From assembly GCA_016181005.1 (NCBI GenBank), contig JACPAE010000004.1:78646-142645 (forward strand): a stretch of DNA of 64,000 nt, read 5' to 3'. Below are positions 1-8,870 of the stretch, one piece after another. Every line of letters starts with the position of its first letter. Positions within the stretch are counted from its first letter, which is position 1. Under the pieces are notes generated by a model. It had not been told where the DNA came from and made no database searches. It worked only from the letters and a program-made list of their open reading frames with translations. A program made the translations under genes and the position numbers. This DNA is from Candidatus Aenigmatarchaeota archaeon (lineage in GTDB: Archaea; Aenigmatarchaeota; Aenigmatarchaeia; CG10238-14; SCSR01).

Positions 1-43
1 TCATTCTAGACGGTAGAAATAAGAAATTGCATTTGGAATATAA

Positions 44-130
44 TGGGGAGACTGGGATTTGAACCCAGGTTGCCACCATGCTGTTTAATACCCCAAGGTG
101 GATGCCTAGACCAAGCTAGCAGACCTCCCC
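44..130 (-). tRNA. tRNA with a predicted 12-nt anticodon-loop intron; anticodon GGG (Pro) tentative
   Basis: Reverse complement reads GGGGAGG..CTGGGTTCAAATCCCAG..TCTCCCCA: 7-bp acceptor stem, T-stem CTGGG/CCCAG with TTCAAAT loop, anticodon stem CCACC/GGTGG enclosing a 19-nt loop (7-nt loop plus 12-nt insertion). About 76 nt once the intron is removed. Confidence 0.6.
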
Positions 131-164
131 TATCAATATTTGATATAAAACCAAATTCTTTAAT

Positions 165-1427
165 ATGCGTTACGAGACTATAGTAGGCAGGACAAAAGAC
201 GATTTGGATAAGTTCGGAGTAGAAGCCTCCGGCTACATAGGCAAGCACATCGTGGGCACTGGTGAAGATGCGCATTTGACAACTAAAGTTTATTTAGATT
301 TGCTAAAACCGCATGTAATCCTTGTAGCCGGCAAGCGCGGATCCGGGAAGTCGTATAGCGCAGGCGCCATAATCGAAGAGTTCTGCATGCTGCCGGACAA
401 ATTCAAGCAAAAGATAGCTTTCGTAGTTTTCGATCCCGTCGGCATATACTGGAGCATGAAGGTTCCCAACGACGAGCAGTTGAAAACATTGACTGAATGG
501 GGGTTGCAGCCGAAGGATTTCAACAATATCAAAATTTACGTTCCCGAAAGCCAGATTGCCGAATACGAAAAGGCGGAGATTCCTGTTGACGGGACAATAT
601 CCATAGCATTGAACGAGCTTACTGCAGAGGATTTGGTTCTTGCATTCAACTTTGAAAGGACAAGCGAGCTTGCCGTAGCTTTGGAAAAGAACTTCAACCA
701 GCTTCTGAAGGCGGGAAAAAGTTTCAGCATAGAGGATTTAATCGATTTAATTTCGAGCGACAAGCGGTTGGATAAAGGGACGAAGGACACGCTGGTCAAT
801 TTCCTCGAGCTATTATCTCAGTGGGAGGTAATCAAAAAGGAAGGCACCAAAGTTAGGGATTTGGTCAAGCCCGGCCATGTGATAGTTTTTGATTTCTCTA
901 GACTGAAGTCTCAGGAAGTCAGGACTCTAGTGGCAGGTCTTGTCTCAAGAGAAATAATGCACCAAAGAATTCTGGCAAGAAAGGAGGAGGAAATAGCTAA
1001 GATCACGGGCGAAAAGTCGAAGGCTAAATTCCCAATTACGTGGATAATATACGAAGAAGCCCACGGATTTGTACCGAATGATGGGGAAACAAGCTCTAGT
1101 GCTGATATTAAGCGTATTGCAAAAGAAGGACGTGAACCTGGAGTGGGTCTGATGGTAATTACGCAACAACCAAACAAAGTTCACTCAGATGTTTTAAGCC
1201 AATCTGACATAGTCATATCGTTCAGATTAACCAGTAAAGATGATTTGCAAGCATTGCATAGAGTGCATCAAACTTACATGCAGGAAGAACTTGAGAAAAT
1301 GATTAATAAGCTTCCCAGAGTTCCGGGAGCAAGCTTGATTTTGGATGATGTACTCGAAAAAATATTTCTAGTTAATATAAGGCCACGACTTAGCCATCAT
1401 GCAGGTTCAACTGCTGTCATTATTTAA
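165..1427 (+). CDS. P-loop ATPase, HerA/FtsK-like (DUF87-type)
   Basis: Walker A GKRGSGKS near the N-terminus; 420 aa; a TATA-like tttgatataaaa lies about 20 nt upstream. Confidence 0.5.
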   Translation: MRYETIVGRTKDDLDKFGVEASGYIGKHIVGTGEDAHLTTKVYLDLLKPHVILVAGKRGSGKSYSAGAIIEEFCMLPDKFKQKIAFVVFDPVGIYWSMKVPNDEQLKTLTEWGLQPKDFNNIKIYVPESQIAEYEKAEIPVDGTISIALNELTAEDLVLAFNFERTSELAVALEKNFNQLLKAGKSFSIEDLIDLISSDKRLDKGTKDTLVNFLELLSQWEVIKKEGTKVRDLVKPGHVIVFDFSRLKSQEVRTLVAGLVSREIMHQRILARKEEEIAKITGEKSKAKFPITWIIYEEAHGFVPNDGETSSSADIKRIAKEGREPGVGLMVITQQPNKVHSDVLSQSDIVISFRLTSKDDLQALHRVHQTYMQEELEKMINKLPRVPGASLILDDVLEKIFLVNIRPRLSHHAGSTAVII

Positions 1428-1447
1428 TCTTTTAGACAAAAATAATT

Positions 1448-2590
1448 ATGCCGTTTTCACAAAATGCAAGGCGGAAAATAATAGTTCGAGAAATAAAAGT
1501 TGACAAGGTCCTTGATATTAATGAACATGTGGACGGAGGATGGTTTTGGACAAAATATTCAGCCGCCCCCTACATGGGTTGCCAATACGGCTGTACTTAC
1601 TGTTTTCTCCGTGAAGATATGTATAGATTGAATGTCAAAAATAAAATCACTAAAAATTTAGAAGATCCATTTTCCCAGTTTATCAGAGTAAGAATTAATG
1701 CACCTGAAATCTTAGACAAGGAATTGCCACTAGTACCTAAAGATATCATAGTAACTGGCGATTATCAGCCTATTGAAAATAAGTTTAAACTATCTAGAAA
1801 GATGCTTGAAGTTTGTCTGAAACATGAATTCCCAACTCTCATAATAGCAAAATCACCATTAATCCTAAGAGATCTGGATGTGATCAAAAGGATAAGCGAA
1901 AAGTCATGGGCTTGTGTTGTTTTCAGCATTTCTTCTACGTCAAAAAGTCATCGAGAATCATTCGAACCTTTTGCGTCATCAATAGAAAGCAGATTCATGA
2001 TTATGAAAAGATTTAGTGAAGCTGGAATTTATACAGGAACAGCTCTTATGCCCATATTCCCATTTATTACAGATAGCGATGAAAATCTTGAGACAATCGT
2101 CGGAAAAACAAAAGAAAATGGAGGGAAATTCATTCTAGCTGGTGGGTTGGTACTCAGCGATAGCCAGGCTGAAGCATTTTACATGTCTTTAGAAAAATAT
2201 AATAAAAGTCTAGTTGAAAAGTATAAACTCATATATGGAAACCAATTTTCTCCCCAAGACAATTCCTGGGCTGTAATAGGACGAAAAGTCAGAGAATTAT
2301 GCAAAAAATACGGTTTAGATTATAGAATTAAAAGATTTATTCCAGATACACCGTTACTTGTAAATAAAAGAATAGTGGAACAGTTATTTCTAAAAGTTTA
2401 TGAAATGGAATTGAATGAGGAGAACGAAGAGAGTATTTTTAGATATAGAAAATTAGCTTGGTTTATTGATGAATTTAAAGAACCAATCTCAAATTTGGCA
2501 AGTGGGAAAATATTAATTGATAGGTTAAAAACAGATAAAAATCTAAGTAAAATAGAAAAGATTCTTTCAGAGAGAAGGCTATTTAACTAG
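1448..2590 (+). CDS. Radical SAM protein, SplB-like DNA repair photolyase family
   Basis: CxxxCxxC motif (CQYGCTYC) in the N-terminal third; 380 aa. Confidence 0.5.
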   Translation: MPFSQNARRKIIVREIKVDKVLDINEHVDGGWFWTKYSAAPYMGCQYGCTYCFLREDMYRLNVKNKITKNLEDPFSQFIRVRINAPEILDKELPLVPKDIIVTGDYQPIENKFKLSRKMLEVCLKHEFPTLIIAKSPLILRDLDVIKRISEKSWACVVFSISSTSKSHRESFEPFASSIESRFMIMKRFSEAGIYTGTALMPIFPFITDSDENLETIVGKTKENGGKFILAGGLVLSDSQAEAFYMSLEKYNKSLVEKYKLIYGNQFSPQDNSWAVIGRKVRELCKKYGLDYRIKRFIPDTPLLVNKRIVEQLFLKVYEMELNEENEESIFRYRKLAWFIDEFKEPISNLASGKILIDRLKTDKNLSKIEKILSERRLFN

Positions 2591-2622
2591 TAATTGAGTA
2601 TTGTTCTTAGTCCCCGCAAAAT

Positions 2623-2904
2623 TCATCTTCGATAAAGTTTCCTAATACCTTTCACACCAAGATACAAAGGCAAGTAAACTGTATCCCAAAAGGCTCCAGC
2701 TGCAGTCAAAACTAATCCACCATCATTTGTTTTTTCGTATTTGGTGAAAGCATAAGGATGATCAAAATCATCGCCTGTTCCGGCAGTAATTATTTTCACA
2801 ATCGGTGCGGCGTAAATTTCCATAAGCGGAACAGCTATAGCAAAAATTCCACTCGTTTCTGAATCAAATCTTAGTTTTCCTGGAAATATTTTCGGTATAT
2901 TCAT
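2623..2904 (-). CDS. hypothetical protein
   Basis: 93-aa ORF in an otherwise empty gap; no recognisable motif. Confidence 0.3.
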   Translation of the reverse strand: MNIPKIFPGKLRFDSETSGIFAIAVPLMEIYAAPIVKIITAGTGDDFDHPYAFTKYEKTNDGGLVLTAAGAFWDTVYLPLYLGVKGIRKLYRR

Positions 2905-3011
2905 ATTTACCCTGAGATATAAATAATTAGTTTGTTGTAATCTTTAAATCCTTTCCCATACTGATGCTATTGCTGGATAAGTTTGCAGATGACAGTTTAC
3001 AAGCAACTTAA

Positions 3012-4577
3012 TTAACTCAAAATTCTCGTTACAGTTCCTATACCCTTCGTCTTTCCTTCCCTGAAAACAAACCTGTCCCCCTCTTCCATGTAGTGCGGCG
3101 AATACTTGAAAGTGAACTTGACCTCCCCAGTCTCACCAGCCTTGAGATACTCCCTGCTCATCGAGTCAATCTTCGCAGATTCGGCAACCGTTGCCAAATG
3201 TATCACAGGCTCGTAACCATTTGTTATCCTTGTAGGATGGGTTAAAACTAAAACATCTGCTTCAAAACTTTTTACAGTATGCGGTTTCAATTCTTCATCA
3301 CAAATTATCATCCCACGGCCAACATCATCATAGTTCACTCCTCTTAATGCTGTGCCAACAACAAATCCAGTGTCAGCTTCTGCTATACGGTGATAATGCA
3401 TTTCTATGCTAGCGGCTTTAACTTTTCTAAACTTGCCTGCTGAATCAGGGCCCAATAACAATTCTTTCCCTGTCTTCAATCTGCCTTGTTTAATAGTCCC
3501 CGAAACAACAGTACCGACACCAGTAACATTGTATATCTTGTCGACAAACATCAGAAATGGTTTGTCCAAATTCCTTCTCCTTTCAGGCAATGCAAGCAAT
3601 AATTTATTCAAAATATCATATCCTTCCAATGTAACGGCAGATGTTTTTATTATCGGGACAATTGTATCCAGCTTGTCAATCACGACATTCAGATCATTCC
3701 CATCTTTTACCAGATAAGGAATCCTGCCGACATGCTTCAACAGTTCTTCTATCTGCAGTTCTGCATCCTCCATTTTTTTCTTGCCTACTTTATCAATTTT
3801 TGTCATGCACACTATTACCGGGAGATTGACTGCCAACAACAATCCCAGATGTTCTTTTGTCATGTTCATCACACCGTCATCGACAGCTACAACAAGCAAG
3901 CCATAATCAATATCCTGACCTACAACTCCACGTATAGCAGTCCTGAGAAAGCCCTCATGTCCAGGCGCGTCCACGAAACTAATTAGTTTATCTGATTGCT
4001 CAACAATTCTACTTCTCTCTTTCTTGTCTAAAGGATTTTTGAGGTGCAGCGGTTTGTTATCCTTAAATCCTAATAATGCATAGTGCAAATCTGCCGACAA
4101 GTTTCTTTCTATTTCATGAGGCAATACATCCAGAAAGAGCCAGTTTTTTAATGCTGTGTCAGCTTTGCCTGTCATCAAGGTGCCGAGTAATGTCGACTTG
4201 CCATGGTTTACATGGCCGGATGAGGCAATGACAATATGTGATTTGAATCCATTTGCAAAAGCCTTGTTAATGACAATCTTTCCTAGCAAGTTTCCATTAT
4301 CAGTGAATTTTTCTACTTTAACAATGTTAGCATTGTTTTCTGCTGTAACAACTTTCAAAACATTTAACGTCTCTTCAAATTCCAAGTCACTCAAACCTTT
4401 AGACCTACCGTCGTCATCAACGCCAATGACATAAACAGCAGTACCTTTACCAATCTCAAGCAAATACTTCATCTGCGACGCAAGGTGCTGCTTCTTCACG
4501 TCCTTCAAATGAATGCTCGGCACCAGCTTCTCCTTAAACTCGATGTTCTTGTTTTCCCTGTTTGGAATCGATGGCAT
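3012..4577 (-). CDS. Translational GTPase, EF-Tu/EF-1A superfamily (GTPBP1-like) with an N-terminal extension
   Basis: G1 GHVNHGKST, G3 DAPGH, NKID-like TKID; 521 aa with about 120 aa ahead of the G domain. Confidence 0.6.
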   Translation of the reverse strand: MPSIPNRENKNIEFKEKLVPSIHLKDVKKQHLASQMKYLLEIGKGTAVYVIGVDDDGRSKGLSDLEFEETLNVLKVVTAENNANIVKVEKFTDNGNLLGKIVINKAFANGFKSHIVIASSGHVNHGKSTLLGTLMTGKADTALKNWLFLDVLPHEIERNLSADLHYALLGFKDNKPLHLKNPLDKKERSRIVEQSDKLISFVDAPGHEGFLRTAIRGVVGQDIDYGLLVVAVDDGVMNMTKEHLGLLLAVNLPVIVCMTKIDKVGKKKMEDAELQIEELLKHVGRIPYLVKDGNDLNVVIDKLDTIVPIIKTSAVTLEGYDILNKLLLALPERRRNLDKPFLMFVDKIYNVTGVGTVVSGTIKQGRLKTGKELLLGPDSAGKFRKVKAASIEMHYHRIAEADTGFVVGTALRGVNYDDVGRGMIICDEELKPHTVKSFEADVLVLTHPTRITNGYEPVIHLATVAESAKIDSMSREYLKAGETGEVKFTFKYSPHYMEEGDRFVFREGKTKGIGTVTRILS

Positions 4578-4612
4578 ACAGTTCTATTAAACACATCTTA
4601 TTTTATAAACTT

Positions 4613-5386
4613 TCATTCCGGCACTAGAACGCCCACATACCAGATTACCAATATACCCAAGATTAGCAAGGCAAACTGCATCGCTGACTTGGTGACTTTC
4701 TTTTCCCTATGGGTTTCTGGCAGCAAGTCAGTGCTTGCTATGTAAATAAACCCGCCTGCCGCCAATGAAATCAATATGGAAGTCATGTTTTCGAACAAAG
4801 GAAGGTAGTAGAATCCGACTATAAATCCCAGCACGGCAGTCATTTGCGCGAACAGGCTGTACAGAATTATCTTGGCCCGCCTGAACCTCGCATGGAGAAG
4901 AATCGCAAACTCTCCGATTTCCTGCGGAACTTCATGGAACAGAACTGCAAGGGAAGTGGCAAGCCCGACTCTAAAGTCAATCAAAAATCCAGCAGCTATA
5001 ATCAAACCGTCCATGAAATTGTGCAGGGCATCCCCGAATGTTATCAAGTATCCTACAGGATGCGCCTTCTCGTCCGGATGGTGTTTGTTACGGTGCCATA
5101 TGTGCTCGACTGAATGATGATGGTACAAGAGCAGAGTCTTCTCAAGAAGGTAAAACAGCAAAATGCCTGCAAGAGTGTAGGTCAGGACTGTTTCCGCCTT
5201 GACAACTCCCAAAGCCTCAGGCAGCATATCCAGGAAAACAACGCCCAGCATCGCGCCTATAGCAAAGCTTATCATGTATTTTGAAACGAATTTCGCCCAT
5301 TTCTGCTTGTATATCAGCAACAGCCCGCCGCTCAAGCCAAGAAGGCTTATGAGAAAAACGATGCCAAGTGCAAGGAGGAAAACCAT
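4613..5386 (-). CDS. ZIP family metal transporter (ZupT-like)
   Basis: HNFMDG and HEVPQEIGEFAILL signature motifs; multiple TM helices. Confidence 0.75.
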   Translation of the reverse strand: MVFLLALGIVFLISLLGLSGGLLLIYKQKWAKFVSKYMISFAIGAMLGVVFLDMLPEALGVVKAETVLTYTLAGILLFYLLEKTLLLYHHHSVEHIWHRNKHHPDEKAHPVGYLITFGDALHNFMDGLIIAAGFLIDFRVGLATSLAVLFHEVPQEIGEFAILLHARFRRAKIILYSLFAQMTAVLGFIVGFYYLPLFENMTSILISLAAGGFIYIASTDLLPETHREKKVTKSAMQFALLILGILVIWYVGVLVPE

Positions 5387-5436
5387 ACAAATACATTAAA
5401 AATTCCCTTTTAAATAATAACTATCCAAGTGATTGT

Positions 5437-6204
5437 ATGGCAGCGAAGGATGGAAGGCCGAGGAACGGGGAATTGGTTCTGTGCACTGTCAGGAAGGTCA
5501 GCCAGTTCGCCGCATGGTGCGACGTCGAGGAATACCCCAACAGCGAAGGGATGATACACATCGCCGAAGTCGCGGGCAAATGGGTGCACGACATCAAAAA
5601 GTTCGTCAAGATGGGCAAGCAGTATGTGGTCAAGGTTGTCAGGGCAGACGGCAACACTATTCACTTGAGCCTGAAGAGGGTTTCAAAGAGCGAGGAAAGG
5701 GGCAAATGGAACGAGTTCAGGAAGGGGCAGAGGGCCGACAGCATCTTGAAAATTATTGGAAGAGAAATAAATTTGCCTATCGATCAAGTCTACGAGGATA
5801 TAAAGGCTCCGCTCCAGGAGAATTTCGGCGACCTGTACGCCGCTTTCGAGGAGATAAAGAAATCCCCGGACATTCTGACAGAGTTGAACATCCCGAAAAA
5901 ATGGCACGAGGGAATCGTTAAGGTTCTCAAAAAGGCGCTTGTTGACAAGGAGTATACTATAAAGGTGGAGATGGAGATGCAGAGCTACGACGGGGACGGG
6001 ATAAAAAGGATTAAATCGATATTAGAGAGCCTGGAAAAAGGCGGGATACATGTCGCATACGTATCCGCCCCGAAATACATGCTCGACATCAAAACAAAGA
6101 ATCCGAAGGCGGACAGGAGAAAGCTTGAGCAGCAGGTTGAAAAGGCCATGTCGGACGCTCAAAAGCTCCACCTTGATGCCAAATACAATTTTGTAGAAGG
6201 CTAG
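5437..6204 (+). CDS. eif2a: Translation initiation factor 2 alpha subunit (aIF2-alpha)
   Basis: N-terminal S1-like region (GELVLCTVRKV...GMIHIAEV); conserved aIF2alpha-Nop10-PAC2 gene order. Start chosen at the internal Met that matches family length. Confidence 0.8.
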   Translation: MAAKDGRPRNGELVLCTVRKVSQFAAWCDVEEYPNSEGMIHIAEVAGKWVHDIKKFVKMGKQYVVKVVRADGNTIHLSLKRVSKSEERGKWNEFRKGQRADSILKIIGREINLPIDQVYEDIKAPLQENFGDLYAAFEEIKKSPDILTELNIPKKWHEGIVKVLKKALVDKEYTIKVEMEMQSYDGDGIKRIKSILESLEKGGIHVAYVSAPKYMLDIKTKNPKADRRKLEQQVEKAMSDAQKLHLDAKYNFVEG

Positions 6205-6209
6205 ATTCG

Positions 6210-6380
6210 ATGAAACTGAGGAAATGCGCAAACTGCAATGCATACACTTTTAAGCAGACCTGCACAAAATGTAATAAAGAAACTATAAATCCTCACCCGC
6301 CCAAATATTCTCCTGAGGATGTTTACGGCGAATTTAGGAGAAGGATGAAGGCTGAATCAAATGTCGACAGAGATAATTGA
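6210..6380 (+). CDS. nop10: Ribosome biogenesis protein Nop10 (H/ACA RNP subunit)
   Basis: 56-aa ORF MKLRKCANCNAYTFKQTCTKCNKETINPHPPKYSPEDVYGEFRRRMKAE with a Cys4 zinc ribbon and PHPPKFSPEDxY-type Nop10 signature. It is below the ORF-track size cutoff and overlaps the next gene start by 20 nt. Confidence 0.8.
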   Translation: MKLRKCANCNAYTFKQTCTKCNKETINPHPPKYSPEDVYGEFRRRMKAESNVDRDN

Positions 6381-7158
6381 ACTGGAAAAACCAAAGCTGA
6401 AGAACCCCATTTTCGTAGAAGGGTTGCCAGGAATAGGCCATGTGGGCAGGATTGCGGCAAGCTATCTGGTCGAGGAGCTGAAGGCGAAAAAGTTTGCAGA
6501 GCTAATTTCCTCGCATTTTATGCATTACGTGCTTTTGAAGCAGTCGTCTTCGGTGCATCTGCTGAAGAACGAGTTCTACTACCTGAAGGCGAAGGGAAGC
6601 GGAAGGGACTTGATAATACTTGTAGGCGATTCGCAGAGCGTGGATCCAGAAGGACATTACGAGATTGCGAACAAAATTCTCGAGTATCTGAAAAAATACG
6701 GTGTCAAGGAAATGATAACTCTAGGAGGCTTGGGTATAGGCGAGGTAAAGGACAAGCCAAAAGTTGTTGGAGCTGTGAGCGACGAAGGGATGGGCAAAAA
6801 GTACAAGAGCTACGGGATCGATTTCAACACTGCAAGCAAAGTCGGAACGATTATAGGCGCATCAGGATTGTTGCTGGGTTTAGGCAAGTTGTACGGCATG
6901 AGAGGGTTGTGCTTGCTGGGCGAGACCACAGGATACCCGCTTCTGCCAGATCCTAAAGCTGCAGAAGAAGTGCTAAAGGTCTTGGCAAAGGTTCTGGGTT
7001 TGAAGATGGATACTACAAAGCTTGACAAGAAGATAAAGGAAATGGAAGAGTTCATCAAGAAGATGGAGGACATGCAGAGGAAGGTTATGGGCCAGATGAT
7101 GCAGCAGCAGATGCCGCAGAAAAAGGAAGGCAAGGAAGAACTGAGCTACATAGGATAA
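6361..7158 (+). CDS. PAC2 family protein (proteasome assembly chaperone-like)
   Basis: N-terminal PIFVEGLPGIGHVGRIAASYL motif; conserved neighbour of nop10 in archaea. Confidence 0.7.
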   Translation: MSTEIIELEKPKLKNPIFVEGLPGIGHVGRIAASYLVEELKAKKFAELISSHFMHYVLLKQSSSVHLLKNEFYYLKAKGSGRDLIILVGDSQSVDPEGHYEIANKILEYLKKYGVKEMITLGGLGIGEVKDKPKVVGAVSDEGMGKKYKSYGIDFNTASKVGTIIGASGLLLGLGKLYGMRGLCLLGETTGYPLLPDPKAAEEVLKVLAKVLGLKMDTTKLDKKIKEMEEFIKKMEDMQRKVMGQMMQQQMPQKKEGKEELSYIG

Positions 7159-7193
7159 AATCTTTAAAAGCGTTTTCTGACAATAAGATATTC

Positions 7194-7802
7194 ATGACTA
7201 CAAAGCTTTTGATGTCGCAGGAAGAATATCTGGCTTCAGGAGTTCACATAGGCATGAAGCAGAAGGCCGAGCAGATGAAGCCGTTCATCTACAAGGTAAG
7301 GGAAGACGGGCTTGCAGTAATGAACCTGGGAAAGATTGACGAGAGGATAAAGACTGCGGCAAAGTTCCTGTCAAGCTTGGAAAAGATTCTTGTTGTCACA
7401 AGGAAATCAATTGCATTCAGTTCAATCAAGAAATTCGGCGAGGCTATAGGCGCAGAAGTTGTTACTGGAAGATTTATGCCAGGAACATTGACCAACCCGA
7501 CTTACAAGAGCTTTTTCGAGGCTCAGGCTGTTGTCATTGTCGATCCTGTAAGCGACCACCAGGCGATGGAGGAGGCTGTAAAAGCAAGAGTTCCTGTTGT
7601 CGCCATTTGCGATACTTTCAACGAGACGAAAGACATCGACTTGATTATTCCTGCCAACAACAAGGGAAGAAAGTCAGTCGCGACAATTTTCTGGCTACTT
7701 GCAAGAGAAATCATGAAGGAACGGGGAGGTATCAAGTCTGACAAGGACTTCAAGTACGAGATTAAGGATTTTGAAGGGACGGAAGCGAGTCAGCTTGGAT
7801 AA
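7194..7802 (+). CDS. rps2: 30S ribosomal protein S2 (uS2)
   Basis: EEYLASGVHIGMKQK N-terminal signature; 202 aa. Confidence 0.8.
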   Translation: MTTKLLMSQEEYLASGVHIGMKQKAEQMKPFIYKVREDGLAVMNLGKIDERIKTAAKFLSSLEKILVVTRKSIAFSSIKKFGEAIGAEVVTGRFMPGTLTNPTYKSFFEAQAVVIVDPVSDHQAMEEAVKARVPVVAICDTFNETKDIDLIIPANNKGRKSVATIFWLLAREIMKERGGIKSDKDFKYEIKDFEGTEASQLG

Positions 7803-8263
7803 TAGGTTGGTTCTTCGCCCCTTTTTGGACGTTCTCTACGCCAACCATGTTGTGTGTACTCACTTCCTAAAATATGAGCCACTTCCCATGAAACTGCTAT
7901 ATCAGACGGCTTGACGTAACCTTGTGATATCATGAGCTCTTCAGCTTTATTTATTATGTAAGCTCTGCTAAGCGATCCGCTAGGAATATATACATTAGTC
8001 TTTCTCGGTCTTACAGTTCTATCATAGGCGGATAAAGTATCGGATACGACTCCTCTAAGCTCTTGAATAAATGCATCGGCATCTTCGAACATTTCAATAT
8101 GTCCAGCGTCAGATAATACCCTTCCCTTTAGACTATCTAGTCTTTCCAATTCTTTATTTACTCTTCCCATAAACTGTGTTTTAAGTCTTGAATAGTGCCC
8201 CCTGTTTGCCATACAAGGAATAACGGCAGTTAATTTTAAATATCTGATTAAATGCCGCAACAA
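7790..8263 (-). CDS. hypothetical protein
   Basis: 157-aa ORF convergent with rps2; weak H-x7-H element (VAHILGSEYTQHGW); no confident family. Confidence 0.35.
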   Translation of the reverse strand: MLRHLIRYLKLTAVIPCMANRGHYSRLKTQFMGRVNKELERLDSLKGRVLSDAGHIEMFEDADAFIQELRGVVSDTLSAYDRTVRPRKTNVYIPSGSLSRAYIINKAEELMISQGYVKPSDIAVSWEVAHILGSEYTQHGWRRERPKRGEEPTYYPS

Positions 8264-8364
8264 TTTTCAATAACTACACCAAAGTAATCCCACATCTTTG
8301 GAATATATTTTCATAAACAGAAAAGGGTATTTATACTCAAGCTGAAACCTATATATTGGCCTCA

Positions 8365-8388
8365 AAAACCACAACATATTGTGGTTTT
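8365..8388. promoter_or_regulatory. NrdR-box-like palindrome overlapping the TATA element upstream of nrdR
   Basis: aaaaccacaacatattgtggtttt has perfect 10-bp inverted arms (aaaaccacaa / ttgtggtttt) and an acaCwAtATaTwGtgt-like core. TATA-like ttttataa at 8385-8392 sits about 30 nt upstream of the nrdR ATG. Confidence 0.55.
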
Positions 8389-8418
8389 ATAAGTATGCGA
8401 ACACAATTATAGAAATAC

Positions 8419-8868
8419 ATGAAATGCCCGTATTGCGACAGCGAAGACACAAAGGTTATAGACAAGAGGGCGAGCGACGAAAGGTCGTTCAGAAGGCGTA
8501 GGCAGTGTGAAAAGTGCGAGAAAAGGTTCACAACATACGAACGGGTTGAGATAGTCCCCCTAACCGTGATAAAGAAGGACGGAAGAAGGGAGAACTTTGA
8601 CAGGAACAAGATGCGAGTCGGCATAATGCACGCGTGCGAAAGAAGACCGATAAACCAGGAAAAAATAGAGAAGATCGTGAACGAGATCGAGACTGAAATC
8701 AAAAACATGGACACGGTGGAGATAAAGTCGAAGATTGTTGGTGACATGGCAATGGAAAAATTGAAAGAATTGGACGAAGTCGCTTATATCCGTTTTGCAT
8801 CAGTCTATAAAAAGTTCAGGGACATAGAATCTTTTGAAAAGGAACTGAAGGAATTGAAAAAGGGATAG
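8419..8868 (+). CDS. nrdR: Transcriptional repressor NrdR (zinc ribbon plus ATP-cone)
   Basis: MKCPYCDSEDTKVIDKR...CEKCEKRFTTYE Zn-ribbon followed by an ATP-cone; 149 aa; sits 2 nt upstream of the RNR gene. Confidence 0.85.
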   Translation: MKCPYCDSEDTKVIDKRASDERSFRRRRQCEKCEKRFTTYERVEIVPLTVIKKDGRRENFDRNKMRVGIMHACERRPINQEKIEKIVNEIETEIKNMDTVEIKSKIVGDMAMEKLKELDEVAYIRFASVYKKFRDIESFEKELKELKKG

Positions 8869-8870
8869 AC

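Noticed and set aside
3406-4434. Several 60-100-aa plus-strand ORFs overlapping the GTPase gene
   Set aside because: They are antisense to a well-supported 521-aa GTPase and have low-complexity composition; shadow ORFs.
5433-5921. 162-aa Arg/Gln-rich ORF
   Set aside because: It is an alternative frame of the aIF2-alpha gene, and its composition is a frame artefact.
7790-8263. Possible zinc metalloprotease motif in a hypothetical protein
   Set aside because: Only a loose H-x7-H (HILGSEYTQH) is present, with no HExxH, so it is too weak to call.
8349-8747. 132-aa minus-strand ORF
   Set aside because: It overlaps nrdR on the opposite strand, and nrdR has clear motifs.
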